A stretch of 64,000 bases of DNA from Cycas panzhihuaensis (Eukaryota > Plantae > Cycadophyta), in contig CM041465.1 of NCBI GenBank assembly GCA_023213395.1, positions 214,837,741 to 214,901,740 of the forward strand. The letters run 5' to 3'. Shown here one piece after another: positions 38,426-51,400 of the stretch. The notes under the pieces are model-generated. The model made no database searches and was not told where the DNA came from. It was given only the letters and a program-made list of their open reading frames with translations. The translations under genes were made by a program, and so were the position numbers. Position 1 is the first letter of the stretch. Every line of letters starts with the position of its first letter.

Positions 38426-38852
38426 TTAGATGAAATACCTTTTAAGAAATTTTCAATTAATAGATTTCTCAAAATCAAGTCCTTTCAATATAATAATCTT
38501 GTATGTTCCATTGGAAAGATCTTTGAGTAGGATGAAGGGCTTGACCTATTTGAATGCAAACTTAGTCAATTGATTATGTAAATACTCCAATTTGAGGACC
38601 TTGTCCTCATGGGTAAACTTATATGGGTAGACATGCTTGTTATATGTGATCTTGACCTTATCTTTAAAAGTGTGGTTTTATTAGTATACTATAGGAAAAG
38701 TTTCATCCATGGCTTCTAAGTCTAGTAGGTAAACCTACTAGTACCATTCCTTGTTTATATGTCTTTTGAGTAAGGCTCTTAGTGAAGGGACTTCTACCTT
38801 AAGTGGGGGGATTAATTTGGTCTATACATGAGGGAGAATTATTCTATACATA
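38426..38852 (-). pseudogene. Integrase C-terminus of Gypsy copy C
   Basis: FSLMY...LKVEVPSLR ... KFAFK*VKPF (GPY/F module) ... KFLKRYFI* with stop at 38426-38428; continues the integrase interrupted at 44191. Confidence 0.8.
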
Positions 38853-39485
38853 TGTTGAGAAGACAAGGTCCCAATAACCTGAAACTGCCACTAATATCTA
38901 AACTATTTTGCAACTAGTTGCAGGAATTAAAACTAAAATTTAACATGCAAGTTCTTAAAACTAGATATGATAAAATAAAATGAATAAGAAAGCCAAGAAT
39001 CACATATACATCCAATATAATATGGTAAAACCCTAACAGTATGTTAGGGAAATATCCACACAGGAAAGGTATTGATCTTTATTATCAAAGAATGAAGAAA
39101 TATACACAATCTGTAGCAGAATGCTCATATCAACAACAACCAGCCACCCAACTCTTCACAGTACATCCAATACATTGAACACCATCAACATAATGAAAAA
39201 ACACCCTAAATCAGGCTATATAAGAGAGTCATATAAGGCATAAATCTCAACCATAGAATCTAGGGTATTTTTAGTGAACGACCTTGATTTTCTTTACAAT
39301 TTAGTATGCTTTTCAATATTAGTTTTTTGGGTCAGGGGCTATCACCCCGAAACCCCCTCTTTGTGGGGGGCATTCCAACACCCCCCATACCCCTTGGAAC
39401 CCCCTGAGGAAGTTTGGGGGGGGAACCGCACTGCCAACCTGTCAAAATTTTAGCCTCTAAATCATTGTTGTCATATTATCTAATA
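38853..39485 (-). repeat. 3' LTR of the Tork-like Copia
   Basis: Direct repeat of 43532-44190; adjacent to the PPT. Confidence 0.92.
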
Positions 39486-42400
39486 ATCTCCACCTTGACA
39501 ACAATTTACCTAATACCTTTTCTAGACCATTCATTAACTTTTCTGCAAGCCAAGAGAAGTCAAACACCATTTGAACTTCTCTAATAGTACTAGTTTTATG
39601 AACATATTAGCATAATTTTATTTTGTGTTAACCTTCTCAAGTGCCACTCCACTTGCTTCCACAACCTTTCTAACAAAATGGTACTTAAGAGCAATATGCT
39701 TTATCCTACTATGATAAGTTGGATTCTTTGCTAAGTAAATGACACTTTGACTATTACAAAATACCTTTACTTTTTCTTGTTTCCTTCCAAGCTTAACCAA
39801 TAGACCCTATAACTAGATTACTTCTTTATAAGCATGTGATGCAGCAACATATTTAGCTTCTGTAGTCGATAATGCAATTGTGCTTTACAATTTTGACATC
39901 CAACTAAATGGACCATTCACAAGAGTGAATACATAACCTAAAGTAGACCTTCTATTGTCTAAATCTCTTGTAAAGTTTAAATTAACATATCCACAAACTT
40001 GATTACCTATACCTCCAAAGGTGATGTAATAGTTACTTGTGCCTCTCAAATACCAAAGCACCTATTTCACTATTACCCAATGTTCCTTTCTTGGATTTGC
40101 CATAAACCTGCTAACTACACCGACTACATGTGAAATGTCAGGTCTTGTACATACCATGGCATACATCAAACTTCCCTCTTGCCGGCATAAGGCACATGAG
40201 ACATATAATCCTTTTCTTCTTCATTACTAGGACTCATTCTCGAAGAAAGCTTGAAATGGGAAGCCAATATGATACTCACTGGTTTCACATTTTCCATACC
40301 AAACCTGGTTAGCACCTTCTCTACATATTTCTGCTATAATATCCATAACTTACTATTTTTCCTGTCTCTATGTATCTCCATACCTAAGATTTATTTTACA
40401 ACTCTTAGATCTTTCATATCAAAAGTCCTAGTTAATTGAGCCTTTAAATTATTGATTTCTGCCATGCTCTTACTTGTAATCAACATGTCATCAACATACA
40501 ATACTAAGATAATGAATAAGACATTGTCTAAGAATTTAAAGTAAACACAATGATCATACTCACTTCTTTTAAAATGTTGGCTCTCCATGAAGGCATCAAA
40601 CTTCTTGTACTATTGCCTGAGTGATTGCTTCAGGCCATACAATGATTTCTTAAGCCTGCAAATAAGTCATTTCCTACCATCTTGTACAAACCCTTTTGGC
40701 TGATCCATATAGATCTCTTCATCTAAATATCCATGTAGAAAAGTTATTTTTATATCTAATTTCTCTAACTCCAAATCAAGAGAAGCTACCGATGCTAATA
40801 GAACTCAAATTGAAACAAGTTTGACAACTAGTGAAAATATCTCATGAAAATCAATACCTACTTTCTGTGCAAAGCCTTTAGCCACCAGTCTTACCCTGTA
40901 TTTATCAACCTTTCCATCAACATCTGTTTTCTTCTTAAAAACCTACCTGCAACCAATAGTCTTCCTACCATGTGGAAGTTCTACCAAGTTCCATGAATTA
41001 TTTTTCTTCAAAGCATCTATCTCTTCCTACATAGCCTTCTTCCACTTCTCACTATGGATATCATCTACTACTTCCTGATAACATATAGGCTCACCATCAT
41101 TAGACACCAAAGTAATAGAAATAGAAGGGTTGTACCTGTCAGGTGGATGACTAACTTATGTAGATCTTCTAACAATTAGTAGAGGAGTGTTCACATACTC
41201 CTGTAAATCTACTGTAGATTCATCTTCAGAAAGATCTTCCTACTCTTATGTTTCTAAAGATGGCTGGGTTTCAAATTTGACATGTTGATGTTCAACTTTT
41301 TTCTCTTATTTCACTTCAACTTCTACATTATTTAATTTTAAAATGGGAGATTCATCAAATACAATATCTCTGTTAATAGTGATTTTGTAGGCAGTAGGAT
41401 CCCACAACCTGTATCCCTTCACACCATCTCTATCACCATAACCAACAAAGATACATCTCTTGGATTTTGGGTATAACTTTGAATATTAACTTTTATCAGT
41501 CAAGGCATAAGCATCACAACCAAAAACTTTCAAATTTGAATAGTCACATGGATGTCTATTCCATACCTCTTTAGGAATCTTGTAGTCTATTGCAAGTAAT
41601 GGTAACCTGTTTACCAAATAACAAGTTGTTTGAATAGCTTCTGCCCATAAGCCCTGTTCCACTCCTGCATTACTTAGCATGCTTCTTACTCTTTCCAAGA
41701 GTGTCCTATTCATGCACTCAACTATGCCATTCTAATGCGGAGTATAGCTAGTGGTCTTATGCCTTTCGATCCCAGCTTCTTTGTAATAGTTCTCAAACTC
41801 CAAGGAGTTGAACTCACCTCTATTGTCAATTCTTAAACATTTGATTGACTTGTTAGTGCTCTTCTTAGTTAGAGCCTTGAATTGCTTAAACATACTGAAG
41901 ACTTTAGATTTCCTTTTAAAAATATAGACCTATACCTTTCTAGAGTAATCATCTATAAATACGATAAAGTACAATGATCCTCCATAAGATATTATAGGGG
42001 TTGGTCCCCACATATCTAAATGTACGTCATCTAGAACACCTTTACTAATGTAACTCCCTACTTTAAACCTAAGTCTATACTGCTTTCCAAAAATATAATG
42101 TTTGCAAAAAGCCAAATCTGAAAGTTGCAAGTTAGGAGGTAACTTACGGTTCATCAACATCTTAAGTCCTCTCTCACTCATGTGCCCAAGTCTCTGATGC
42201 CATAACTGAGCTAGATCTTCTATAGTCTTTGATATTGTAGCTATATAGCTGATATCTGTACTTCCTACTAAAATGTAAAGGTTTCATTTTTTTAAGGCTT
42301 TCATAACAACCAAGGCACCCTTTAACACCTTTAAGACTCCTTCATGACCTGTGTACTTATAACCACTAGAATCTAGTTCACCCAAAGAAATCAGATTTCT

Positions 42401-43531
42401 TTTTAGATCAAGTATATGTCTAACTTCAATTAATGTTCTCACTACACCATCAAACATTTTAATTATGATGCTACCAATGCCTACTATCTTACAAGATACT
42501 TCATTTCCCATAAGTACATCACCACCATCAAGAGGTTGGTATGATGAGAATCAGTTCTGTTGTGGATATATGTGGTGTGAAGAATCTGAATCTAATAACC
42601 AATCATGGTGATAATAGAAAACATTACAAGCAACCAAGACATCTTTATCTGTACCTTGATTCGACTCCACCTAATTAACCTCCTTGGTAGGATCTTCCTT
42701 TTTTTGGAACTCCTTCCTTTTATAACAATCCTTCTTAAGATGTCATGTCCTATTATAATGCCAACATCTGAGCATGCTCTTCTTGCCTTTTGACTTTGAC
42801 CTCGATGTGTCCCTGGAGCTTTGTCCTCTCTCAATTATTCTACCCCTTGCTATCATAGCTTCTGGTGTGGAGGTTTCAAGACTAGACTTCCTCCTCACTT
42901 CTTCTATTAACAAAGCACTCACAATAGAATCATAGTCTAATTCATCTATAGTGCTAAAACTAATCAAGATGATAATATTATCCTAGGATTTTAGTAATAA
43001 ATATAACAAGGTAACAACCTTGTCCTTATCCTCATTCATGACATCGATACTAACTAACTAATAAATAAGAGTATTGAGAACATTTAAATGGTTAACAATT
43101 TTTATACCTTCCTTCATTTGTAACGAGTACAGTTGCCTCTTTAAGTAGATTCGATTTGTTATTGATTTGGTCATATATAAGCCTTCCAACCAGGTCCATA
43201 ATTCTACTATCATCTGCTCCCCTGCGATGTTAAATAGAACTTCATCAGCCAAGCATAATCATATAATGCTAAGATCCCTTTTGTCTAGATCATCCTATTC
43301 GTCATCGTCCATCCTTGTGGGTTTCTTCAATTTGCCTGCAAGAGCTTTGTACAAACCTTGTTGTACTAGAACATCATACGCTTTCAACTTTCATAACTCA
43401 AATTTATTCTTGCCATTGAATTTCTCCACCTTGAACTTTGTATTTGTCAGTTTTTCCATTTGGTGTAGAAAAGGTTGACACCAAAACGTTCATAAACTCA
43501 CTGCAAAAATAAAAGTGGCTCTAATACCACT

Positions 43532-44190
43532 TGTTGAGAAGACAAGGTCCCAATAATCTGAAACCGCCACCAAGATCTAAACTATTTTGCAACTAGTTGT
43601 AAGAATCAAAACTGAAATTTAACATATAAGTTTTTAAACCAGAGATAATACAATAAAATGAATAAGAAAGCTAAACATCATATATACACCCAATATAACA
43701 TAGTAAAACCCTAGAAGTGTGCTAGGAAAACATCCACACAGGAAATGTATCGATCTTTATTATCAAATAATGTAGAAATATACATAATCTATAGTAGAAT
43801 GTTGACAGCAACAATAACTAGCCACCTAACTCTTCACAGTACATCCAATACATCGAACACCATCAACATAATGAAAAAAACACCCTAAATCGGGCTATAT
43901 GAGAGAGCCATATAAAGCATAAATCTTGACCATAGAATCTAGGGTATTTTTAGCGAACGACCTTGATTCTCTTTACAATTTAGTATGCTTTTTAGTGCTA
44001 GTTTTCGGGTTAGGGGCTATCGCCCCCGAAGCCCCTCTTTTTGGGTGGCATTCCAACACCCCTTGCAACCCCTTGGCCAAGGGGGAATCCCACCCCCCTT
44101 GGAACCCCCCAAGGAAGTTTGAGAGGGAAACCATGCTGCTAACCTGTCAAAATTTTAGCCTCCAAAACATTGTTGTTACATTATCTAACA
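43532..44190 (-). repeat. 5' LTR of the Tork-like Copia
   Basis: TGTT...AACA termini; adjacent to a tRNA-iMet PBS. Confidence 0.92.
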
Positions 44191-47100
44191 GCCCATAATG
44201 GTCTGAATGGAAGTGTGATAAGCTTAGAGGGTAGGGTAGAGTTGGGTGTGCCAATCTCATTAAGAATTTGATACTATCCTTTTGAGGATTGAAGCCATCA
44301 TTTTATTAAATTCCTCATTTTAACCATTGGCATAAGGATAATAGGGTAATGTGGTCCTATGGGTGATATTAAATTTATCATAAAGTTCATCCATCTCTTT
44401 ATTATAAAACAAGGTTCCATTATCTATGATAAGGATATTTGATACTTTGAACCTACAAATGATATAATAGAAGATGGTGGTCATGATTACCTTCCCTCTA
44501 ATAGAGGAGAAAGGGATTGCTTCTACTAATTTAGTAAAGTACTCTATCACAATTAACATAAAGTTATGTTACAATGAAGATGGGGGTGTAAGTACCCCAA
44601 TTAAGTCTAAACCCCATTGGGAGAAGGGCTAGGGTGGTATTATCACATGTAAGGATTCTTAGGCTATACTAATGATGTTTGCATGTATTTGACATTTTGT
44701 ATACTTATGGACATAAGCATGAGTACCTTTAAAGAGTGTAGGCTAAAAGAAACCCATTCTAAGTATTTGTTGAGCCATGGAGTATCCCTTGAAGTGCCCC
44801 CTACATATTCCATCCTAATACCCATAAAGGAGATCATGGGTTTCTCTACGATTAAAGCACTAAAGGAGGACTCCCTTAAAGGACCATTTATATAGTGTGT
44901 TGTTGATTCAGAAGTATTGGCATATTGTGGCCCTAATACATTGTTTCTATTTTCAATTAGCATCATCCAAGTAAACCTGATGGGTTAGGTATCAAATGAT
45001 ATCCCTAGGGAATTCATTTCTTATTATATTTATGGTCAAAATCAGTTTGTCTAAGAGTGAATTGTTAATTGATATATTGATGGTATTTGGTAGGGGTACA
45101 TAAGTTACTCAAAAATGACCATCTCCTTTTTATATTTGTAATTGGCCATTTGGAGGTCATATTCTTATACTAGAACCAACCACTTACCTAGTTATCCCAT
45201 GAGATTAGACTTGGTCAATAGGAAACATAACATATCTAATTGAATAATAACATGGGTAATATTTCTAAGAACGTGATGATGAAACTTCTTAGTGGCAAAA
45301 ATAAGAGGTAGATGTTTCTTTTCCACCAAAGTGTAACTATGTTTTGCTTTTATAGGTGTGTGATTCATGAAATAAATTATATGTTAAATTGTTAAATCAT
45401 CCTCATGGGATAACATAGCCCCAAGGGACTTGTCCATAGAGGATGTATAGAGTATAAATAACTTATTAAAGTGTGACAATTCCAAGGTTAAGGCTAGAAC
45501 AAGCCTTCAATTGAGTTCATCCAAGGAGGTCTAAACAACTAGTGTCTATGTAAACGGGACCCTTTCTTAAGGAGGTTGTAGATGGATTTGCATTCAAGGA
45601 GAAGTTTGCTAAGAAATAATGAAGGTACTTGAGTCTCCCAAGGAAAGGTTTAATTTGGGTTTAGGTCTTAGGGGAGGCATTTCTAAGATAACTTTCACCT
45701 TCTCAGGGTTGATATTGACTCTTCTCTGGACACAATAAACCCAAGAAACCTTCCAATAATGATGATGAAGACACATTTAAGAGATTTTAGGCTAACATGG
45801 TATTTATGACACCTCAAGTACACATTCCTAAGATCCATTAGATGGTCAACTTAATTGTGGTAAACTCCCAAAAAGTTATCCATGTAAACCTCAATAATTT
45901 TATTAATAAGGTCATGAAAGATGAAATGCATGATATATTGGTATATTACACCAATATTTTTAAGGCTAAAGAGTATTTTCTTGTAGGTAAATATGCCCAA
46001 TGGTATTATAAATGTAGTTTTATAGTAGTCTTTAGGTGAGATCTAGATATGCTTATAGCCTAAGAAACCATATATTAAGGACATAACTTTGAACCCTATC
46101 ATCCTATCAATGATTTAATTGATATATAAAAAGAGAAAGTTGTCCTTGGGCTAGGCATTATTGATGTCACAGAAGTTAGTGTACATATGCACTACCCTAC
46201 TCTTTTTAGCTACTAGGACTATGTCTAAGATCTAACTTGGATAGTCAATGGATTAAATTAGGCCATCATCAAATAACTTCTGATCTTCTATATTCATGAT
46301 AATTGAGAGCTTAGGATGGATAGGAGATTGATTTTTCCTTATTAGTTTAGTGCCTAGGATTGTTGTTAGGTTATGTATGATAATATCAAGATTGATTCCC
46401 CTTATATCATTATAATTCCAAGAAAAAACATCCTAAAACTCTTAGAAGAGCTCTATGTATTGAGAAACCTCCTTAAGAGTGCATATCGCCCCCACTTTAA
46501 TGACTTTTTGTGAAACGAATGGGTTTCAATGATCTCCCATAATAATAAAGCATTCCCCTCCTCAAACTAAGAAGGGGCCTACTCAATGGATAGGTCCTTA
46601 CTAGCCTCACTCAAGTAAGGGTAAACCAATGGGGAGCCTATGGTTAGAAACTTCTAAAACCCCAACTTGTGGTGGTTTAAGGGGAGGTTCTATGTGGCTT
46701 TATCTAAGTGTTTAAGGAGGGATTTACTAATTTTTAAGTAGTTCATACCCTCAATGACTTTGAATTGGAAAGGAGGTCAATTGAGGTGGTCTCAACCATT
46801 GTTGAGTGACTAATGGAAGAATTTCAAAGAGACTTATAATGAATCATAATGCCACCTACACCTCCCATCGATAACAGGGAGGTTCATGAAAAAATAAGTT
46901 TAAGATGAGGGCAATATAAGGGCATCTCAAGGTGGGTTTAGTAATAGAGCATAGATTAATGACTCATCATGTGAGAATAAATATTCAGAATCTAAATCAT
47001 AAATAGGAGGAGTCTAGGGTAATATAAGTTATATAATGATGGAGGTAAAAATAGTCTGGGGCCCTCCCAATCATATAAACCCTTAATACATATGGCACAC

Positions 47101-47840
47101 CATCATTAAATTCCATGTCACTAAATACACTCATGTAGCTATAGTGGTAGACTCTTATGGATATAAAATAGACCACACCAAACTTTGGGATGGTTAGGTC
47201 TCATTCAAACCTTAGCCCTTCATCCTAAAACAAAAGGTTAAGTCTCTCCCTATCCTTAAACATGGCTTATACTATGAGTTAGGGATCATGAAAACCTTAA
47301 TCTTGACATTCCATCATGTGAACTTATCCCTTATGGATGAACTTTAACTGACCTTAAGGGGTAAAATATATAGTTCCCATTTGGCTTAGCTATTGGCTCC
47401 CCAAAAGTAAGTTGTAATCCACCTCAACATCAAGGATAATAATCTTAGTAAGGATAGTCTTATCCCGTAATGTCAATAAAATGGTCACACTTCCTAGAGG
47501 ACATTTCAAGATGCTATTATACCCTTAGCATTTCTAAGGGACTAGCTTGGGAGCACCAATGCCTAACTCTTAGACCATTTTTGTAGGTATAACATTGACA
47601 AAGGATCTTGAATCAACTACTATCCTCTCTAGGATATAATCTAGGGTTTCTATTGTAATGAAAAATGGAGAGAGCATATAATTGACTCTCTCATCCTTAA
47701 GGGGGGGATCCTTAAGGAAAAAGGTAATGAGAGGTCTTGTTATTGGTTGTATACAAATAAAATAGACCTCTTAAGGCTCCAAAGATTTTAAGAGGAGTTA
47801 TCTTTAGTCCAAGCAACTTCTAAGGATGTCCATCATGAAA
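44191..47840 (-). mobile_element. Decayed Gypsy (Tat-like) copy C: PR, linker, RT, RH, INT core; gag missing
   Basis: RIVVDSRSFVNVIP at ~47590-47630; KDNFL at ~46140; PFSQWGLDLIG at ~44595-44630; EYFTKLVEAIP and IIDNGT in ORF 44320-44559. Confidence 0.88.
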
Positions 47841-48447
47841 CGGGTTGATTTCATAAGGTCATTACATTAGTTTATTATTCCAAAAAGGGCCTTAAATGAA
47901 CTTTAAATTAGATCATTTATGTGAAATATACTTTCATGTGTATTATGTATAATTTCATCTCATTAAGGAAAACCCTAACCCTAATGCATTCTTTCATCAA
48001 TATAAAGTAATAGCTCAATAGAGGAGGCTCATTCTTACCTCCCCAATTTGTGAGAGCTACTCTTTTTCTCTCACGTCTCTCTTGCTCTCTTGTTTGCCTT
48101 TCTGTATAGTGCATGGAGATGAAGTTTAGATCCTCTCTTTTCAATTAGTATTAGAGCTAGCTCGCATCATATTCCTCACTTGCACTTGCAATGGAGCCAT
48201 CACTTCCTTCTCCCCTACAATCCATGTGGTGAATGGAGATTGTATAAGTGGATTCAGAAAAATTTCTAAGTTTTCATCATAATACATTTAGTATTATTTA
48301 CTTTTTATCCTTTCTCTTTTTTATAGGTTTTGGGAGTACAATACAAGGAATTGTAAGGCTCAAGGATTCTAATCCTTTGGTAGTTATTTTTTCATTTTCC
48401 ATTCCTCGTTTCTTTCCCCTCTTTTTTTCCATTTGACAAGCGGAAAT

Positions 48448-51400
48448 TGTTAAGATATAATGTTTTATCTAGGTCGAAAAGGGGTCATGTTAGACCAACC
48501 CTTAAATGCTCTCATGAGATCATGCCACTTGGCAATATCGAGTGATTGGTTACATTAGTGGTTGTAACCAACTCATGACTCTTGTATACTTAAGCAAATT
48601 GAATCTCAATAGAAAATCATCTCATTCCTTTCTCAGTTTGTTTCTGATCTGCGTTTTTTTCAACATGGTATCAGAGCAGGGTGCTCAAATTAACATCTCT
48701 TGAGGAGAATTCTTACGCCACCAATTCTACCAAGTGTCAAGGAAGATTTATCAACCAACGTCATTAATTTTTCATCGTGCGAATTATGCAGGCATGCGGG
48801 CTATGCAGGCGGCGTTTTCAACAAAGGTTCGGATCGAGACGAAATTTTGCAGGAAGATAGATCGAGGCACGCCGAACACATCTCTCTTCTGGAGCAAAGC
48901 GTTTTGAGGCCGTTTTCAAGGTCAAATCAGCCCCTAACCAGTCCGCGTGTTTTTGGAGAAACCAGAGTTGAAATCTCTTCGATTTTCGAAAAATTCCAGG
49001 TATTTCTGATCCGAAATCCTTCTCACTATAAATACGATTGATTTGCATCCAAAATCGAGGGTTTATTTTGAGATTTTCCAGTGTTTTTTCTCAAAAAATG
49101 AATTTACGCCCTACCACTGCTTTTCTTTCTCGGAGCCGATTTCTCTCGTTTGAAAAGCGGTTTAAAACCGACTTCGATCCTCATAAGCGACTTGAATACC
49201 TACATTTTGAGGTACACTTCATTTTGGCGTACATCTAGGGTTTGTCTGCAATCCGTACTGTCTGGATGGCCCTAAATCGCACCCTTGATTCGAAAATCAT
49301 GTCTTCCTCCATCATTACTCCGTCTCGAACTGAAAAACCGACTAGTTCAAATTACCATGTGTGGAAAATCAAAATGGAGACTATTCGATAATGAAAGACG
49401 CTGGGAAATTCTTGAGGGAAAGGAAACCGCCCTCCTCCGCCGGTGATGACAAATTGAAGAGTTGGATTGAAAGAAATAATATGGGTAGTCTCACTGAAAA
49501 TGTCTATTTCGATTCAGATTGTCTATGTTGAAAAACTGAACCAGGCCTCTGAAATATGGAAATGTTTAGAAAATCTATATGGTCAAAAGAATAAAGCAAG
49601 AATAATCACACTCAAAGAAGAGTTGTATAAACTCCATATGAAAGAAAAGCAGCGGTGGAAGAATTTATGCATAAAATCATCACCGTGAGAAATAATCTTT
49701 CGAGTCTTTGGAGGAATGATATCGAACAAGACCTTGTAGAAATAATGTGACAAGGTCGCCCAAATCTTTGATACCATTGTTAACACTATCACCGATAGTG
49801 ATAGGTTAGATAAATTAACTCTTGATGAATTGACAGGATCGCTATTAAGACAGAGCGGAGAAACAAAAGGTACGAAAATACGAGAGCTAGAAGATGCCTT
49901 TGCATCCGTGTTAAATCTCGGACAAAGAGGAAGACAACAATTTCGTGCACCTAGCGATTGTCGATTCTAGAGGTCGAGGGGCCGGTCAAATTCGGAGGAC
50001 GAGGACGCAGCAGAAAACAGAATATGCTACAACTGTGGATGAACTGGACACTTCGCAAACAATTGCAAGATCTTCGACATATCCGCTATCATGCGGACAA
50101 AGTGGACACTATCCTTATCGGTGTCCTCAAAGACGGTGAAATCTACAAAGGAAAAAGACCTATCGGTGGATACAAAGAAAGAAAAAGATGAAGAAGAAGA
50201 AGAGGAAGAGGAGACAGCTTTCATCACAGCATTGGTCACGGAATGAAAGACAAAGACATTTGGTACATAGATTCAGGAGCCTCTAAACACATGACGAGTC
50301 GGGAAGACTAGTTCCAAATCATAAATCCATACAATATGGACAAGTCCGTGGAGCTGGGTGACAAGTACTTCCTTAATATCAAAGGGATTGGAACCATTTC
50401 AGTAAATCTGAATGGAAATGAAAGAAAAATTGGTAATGTTCTCTATGTACCAGACCTGAAGATGAATCTTCTTTCGCCTCTCAACCGAGCAAAAAGGGAG
50501 GACCATTTTCGATGAAGAAGGAATTGTCACATTCGATATGAAAAAAGACGGAAAATTGTTGGAAAAGGGATCGATGCAATGATCTCTACAAACTCTGTCA
50601 AATCTGTACTTCCTTGTTTGGAAGAAAAAGCTTGTCTTGCTCTTAAATCGATAATAAAGTATGGCATTTAAGGTATGGACATCTTCCAATTGACACACTT
50701 AAACAAATGGAAAAGTCGAAATGGTAAATGGTTTACCTAATATCTCTTCGATACATTTGTTTGTAAAGGTTGTCAACTCCTGAAAGCAGCATAGGTTTCC
50801 ATTTAAAGAAAGCACTTGGAAATCTAAGTCTAAATTAGATCTGATACACACTGATATTTGTGGCCCTATTTCACCATTGTCAATAAACGGATGCAGATAT
50901 TTCCTAACTTTCATTGATGATTTCACCGAAAAGTTTGGGTATATTTCTTACATAATAAATCTGAGGTCTTTGAAGCATTTAAAGAATTTAAGGCAGAAGT
51001 TGAGCTAGAATCAGGAATGAAAATCAAGTGTATCAGGTCAGATGGAGGAGGAGAATATATGTCGAACGAATTTCTAAATTCATCAGAATACAGAGGAATT
51101 CAGACAAATAACAACTCCTATACTCCTCAGACAAATGGAGTAGCTGAAAGAAAGAATAGGACCTTGATGGAGATGGCTCAAAGCATGATGTATGGAACAA
51201 AGATATCAAAGACGATCAAGCGTATAACAAGACAAAGATGTTACTTAATAAAATGTAAGTCCAACCAGATATCAAGAACATCACTCCAGAGGAAGCTTGG
51301 ACAGGTTTGAAACCCGATGTAAGTTCCCTCAAGGTTTTTGGTAGTCAAGCATTTGTGCATATTCCTGATAAAAAGAGGTCCAAATTAGATGCAAAAGCAT

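Larger units (their letters stand above)
38853..44190 (-). mobile_element. Full-length degenerate Ty1/Copia element (Tnt1/Tork-like) nested in the integrase of Gypsy copy C
   Basis: Paired LTRs 38853-39485 and 43532-44190; PBS TGGTATTAGAGC 43518-43529; PPT 39486-39497; gag KVEKFNGKNKFEL, INT FIDDYSRKV, RT LYVDDMLI, RH YHSRIKHI. Confidence 0.95.

Noticed and set aside
48666-48677. tRNA-like sequence
   Set aside because: Only a primer-binding site complementary to the tRNA-iMet 3' end, not a tRNA gene.
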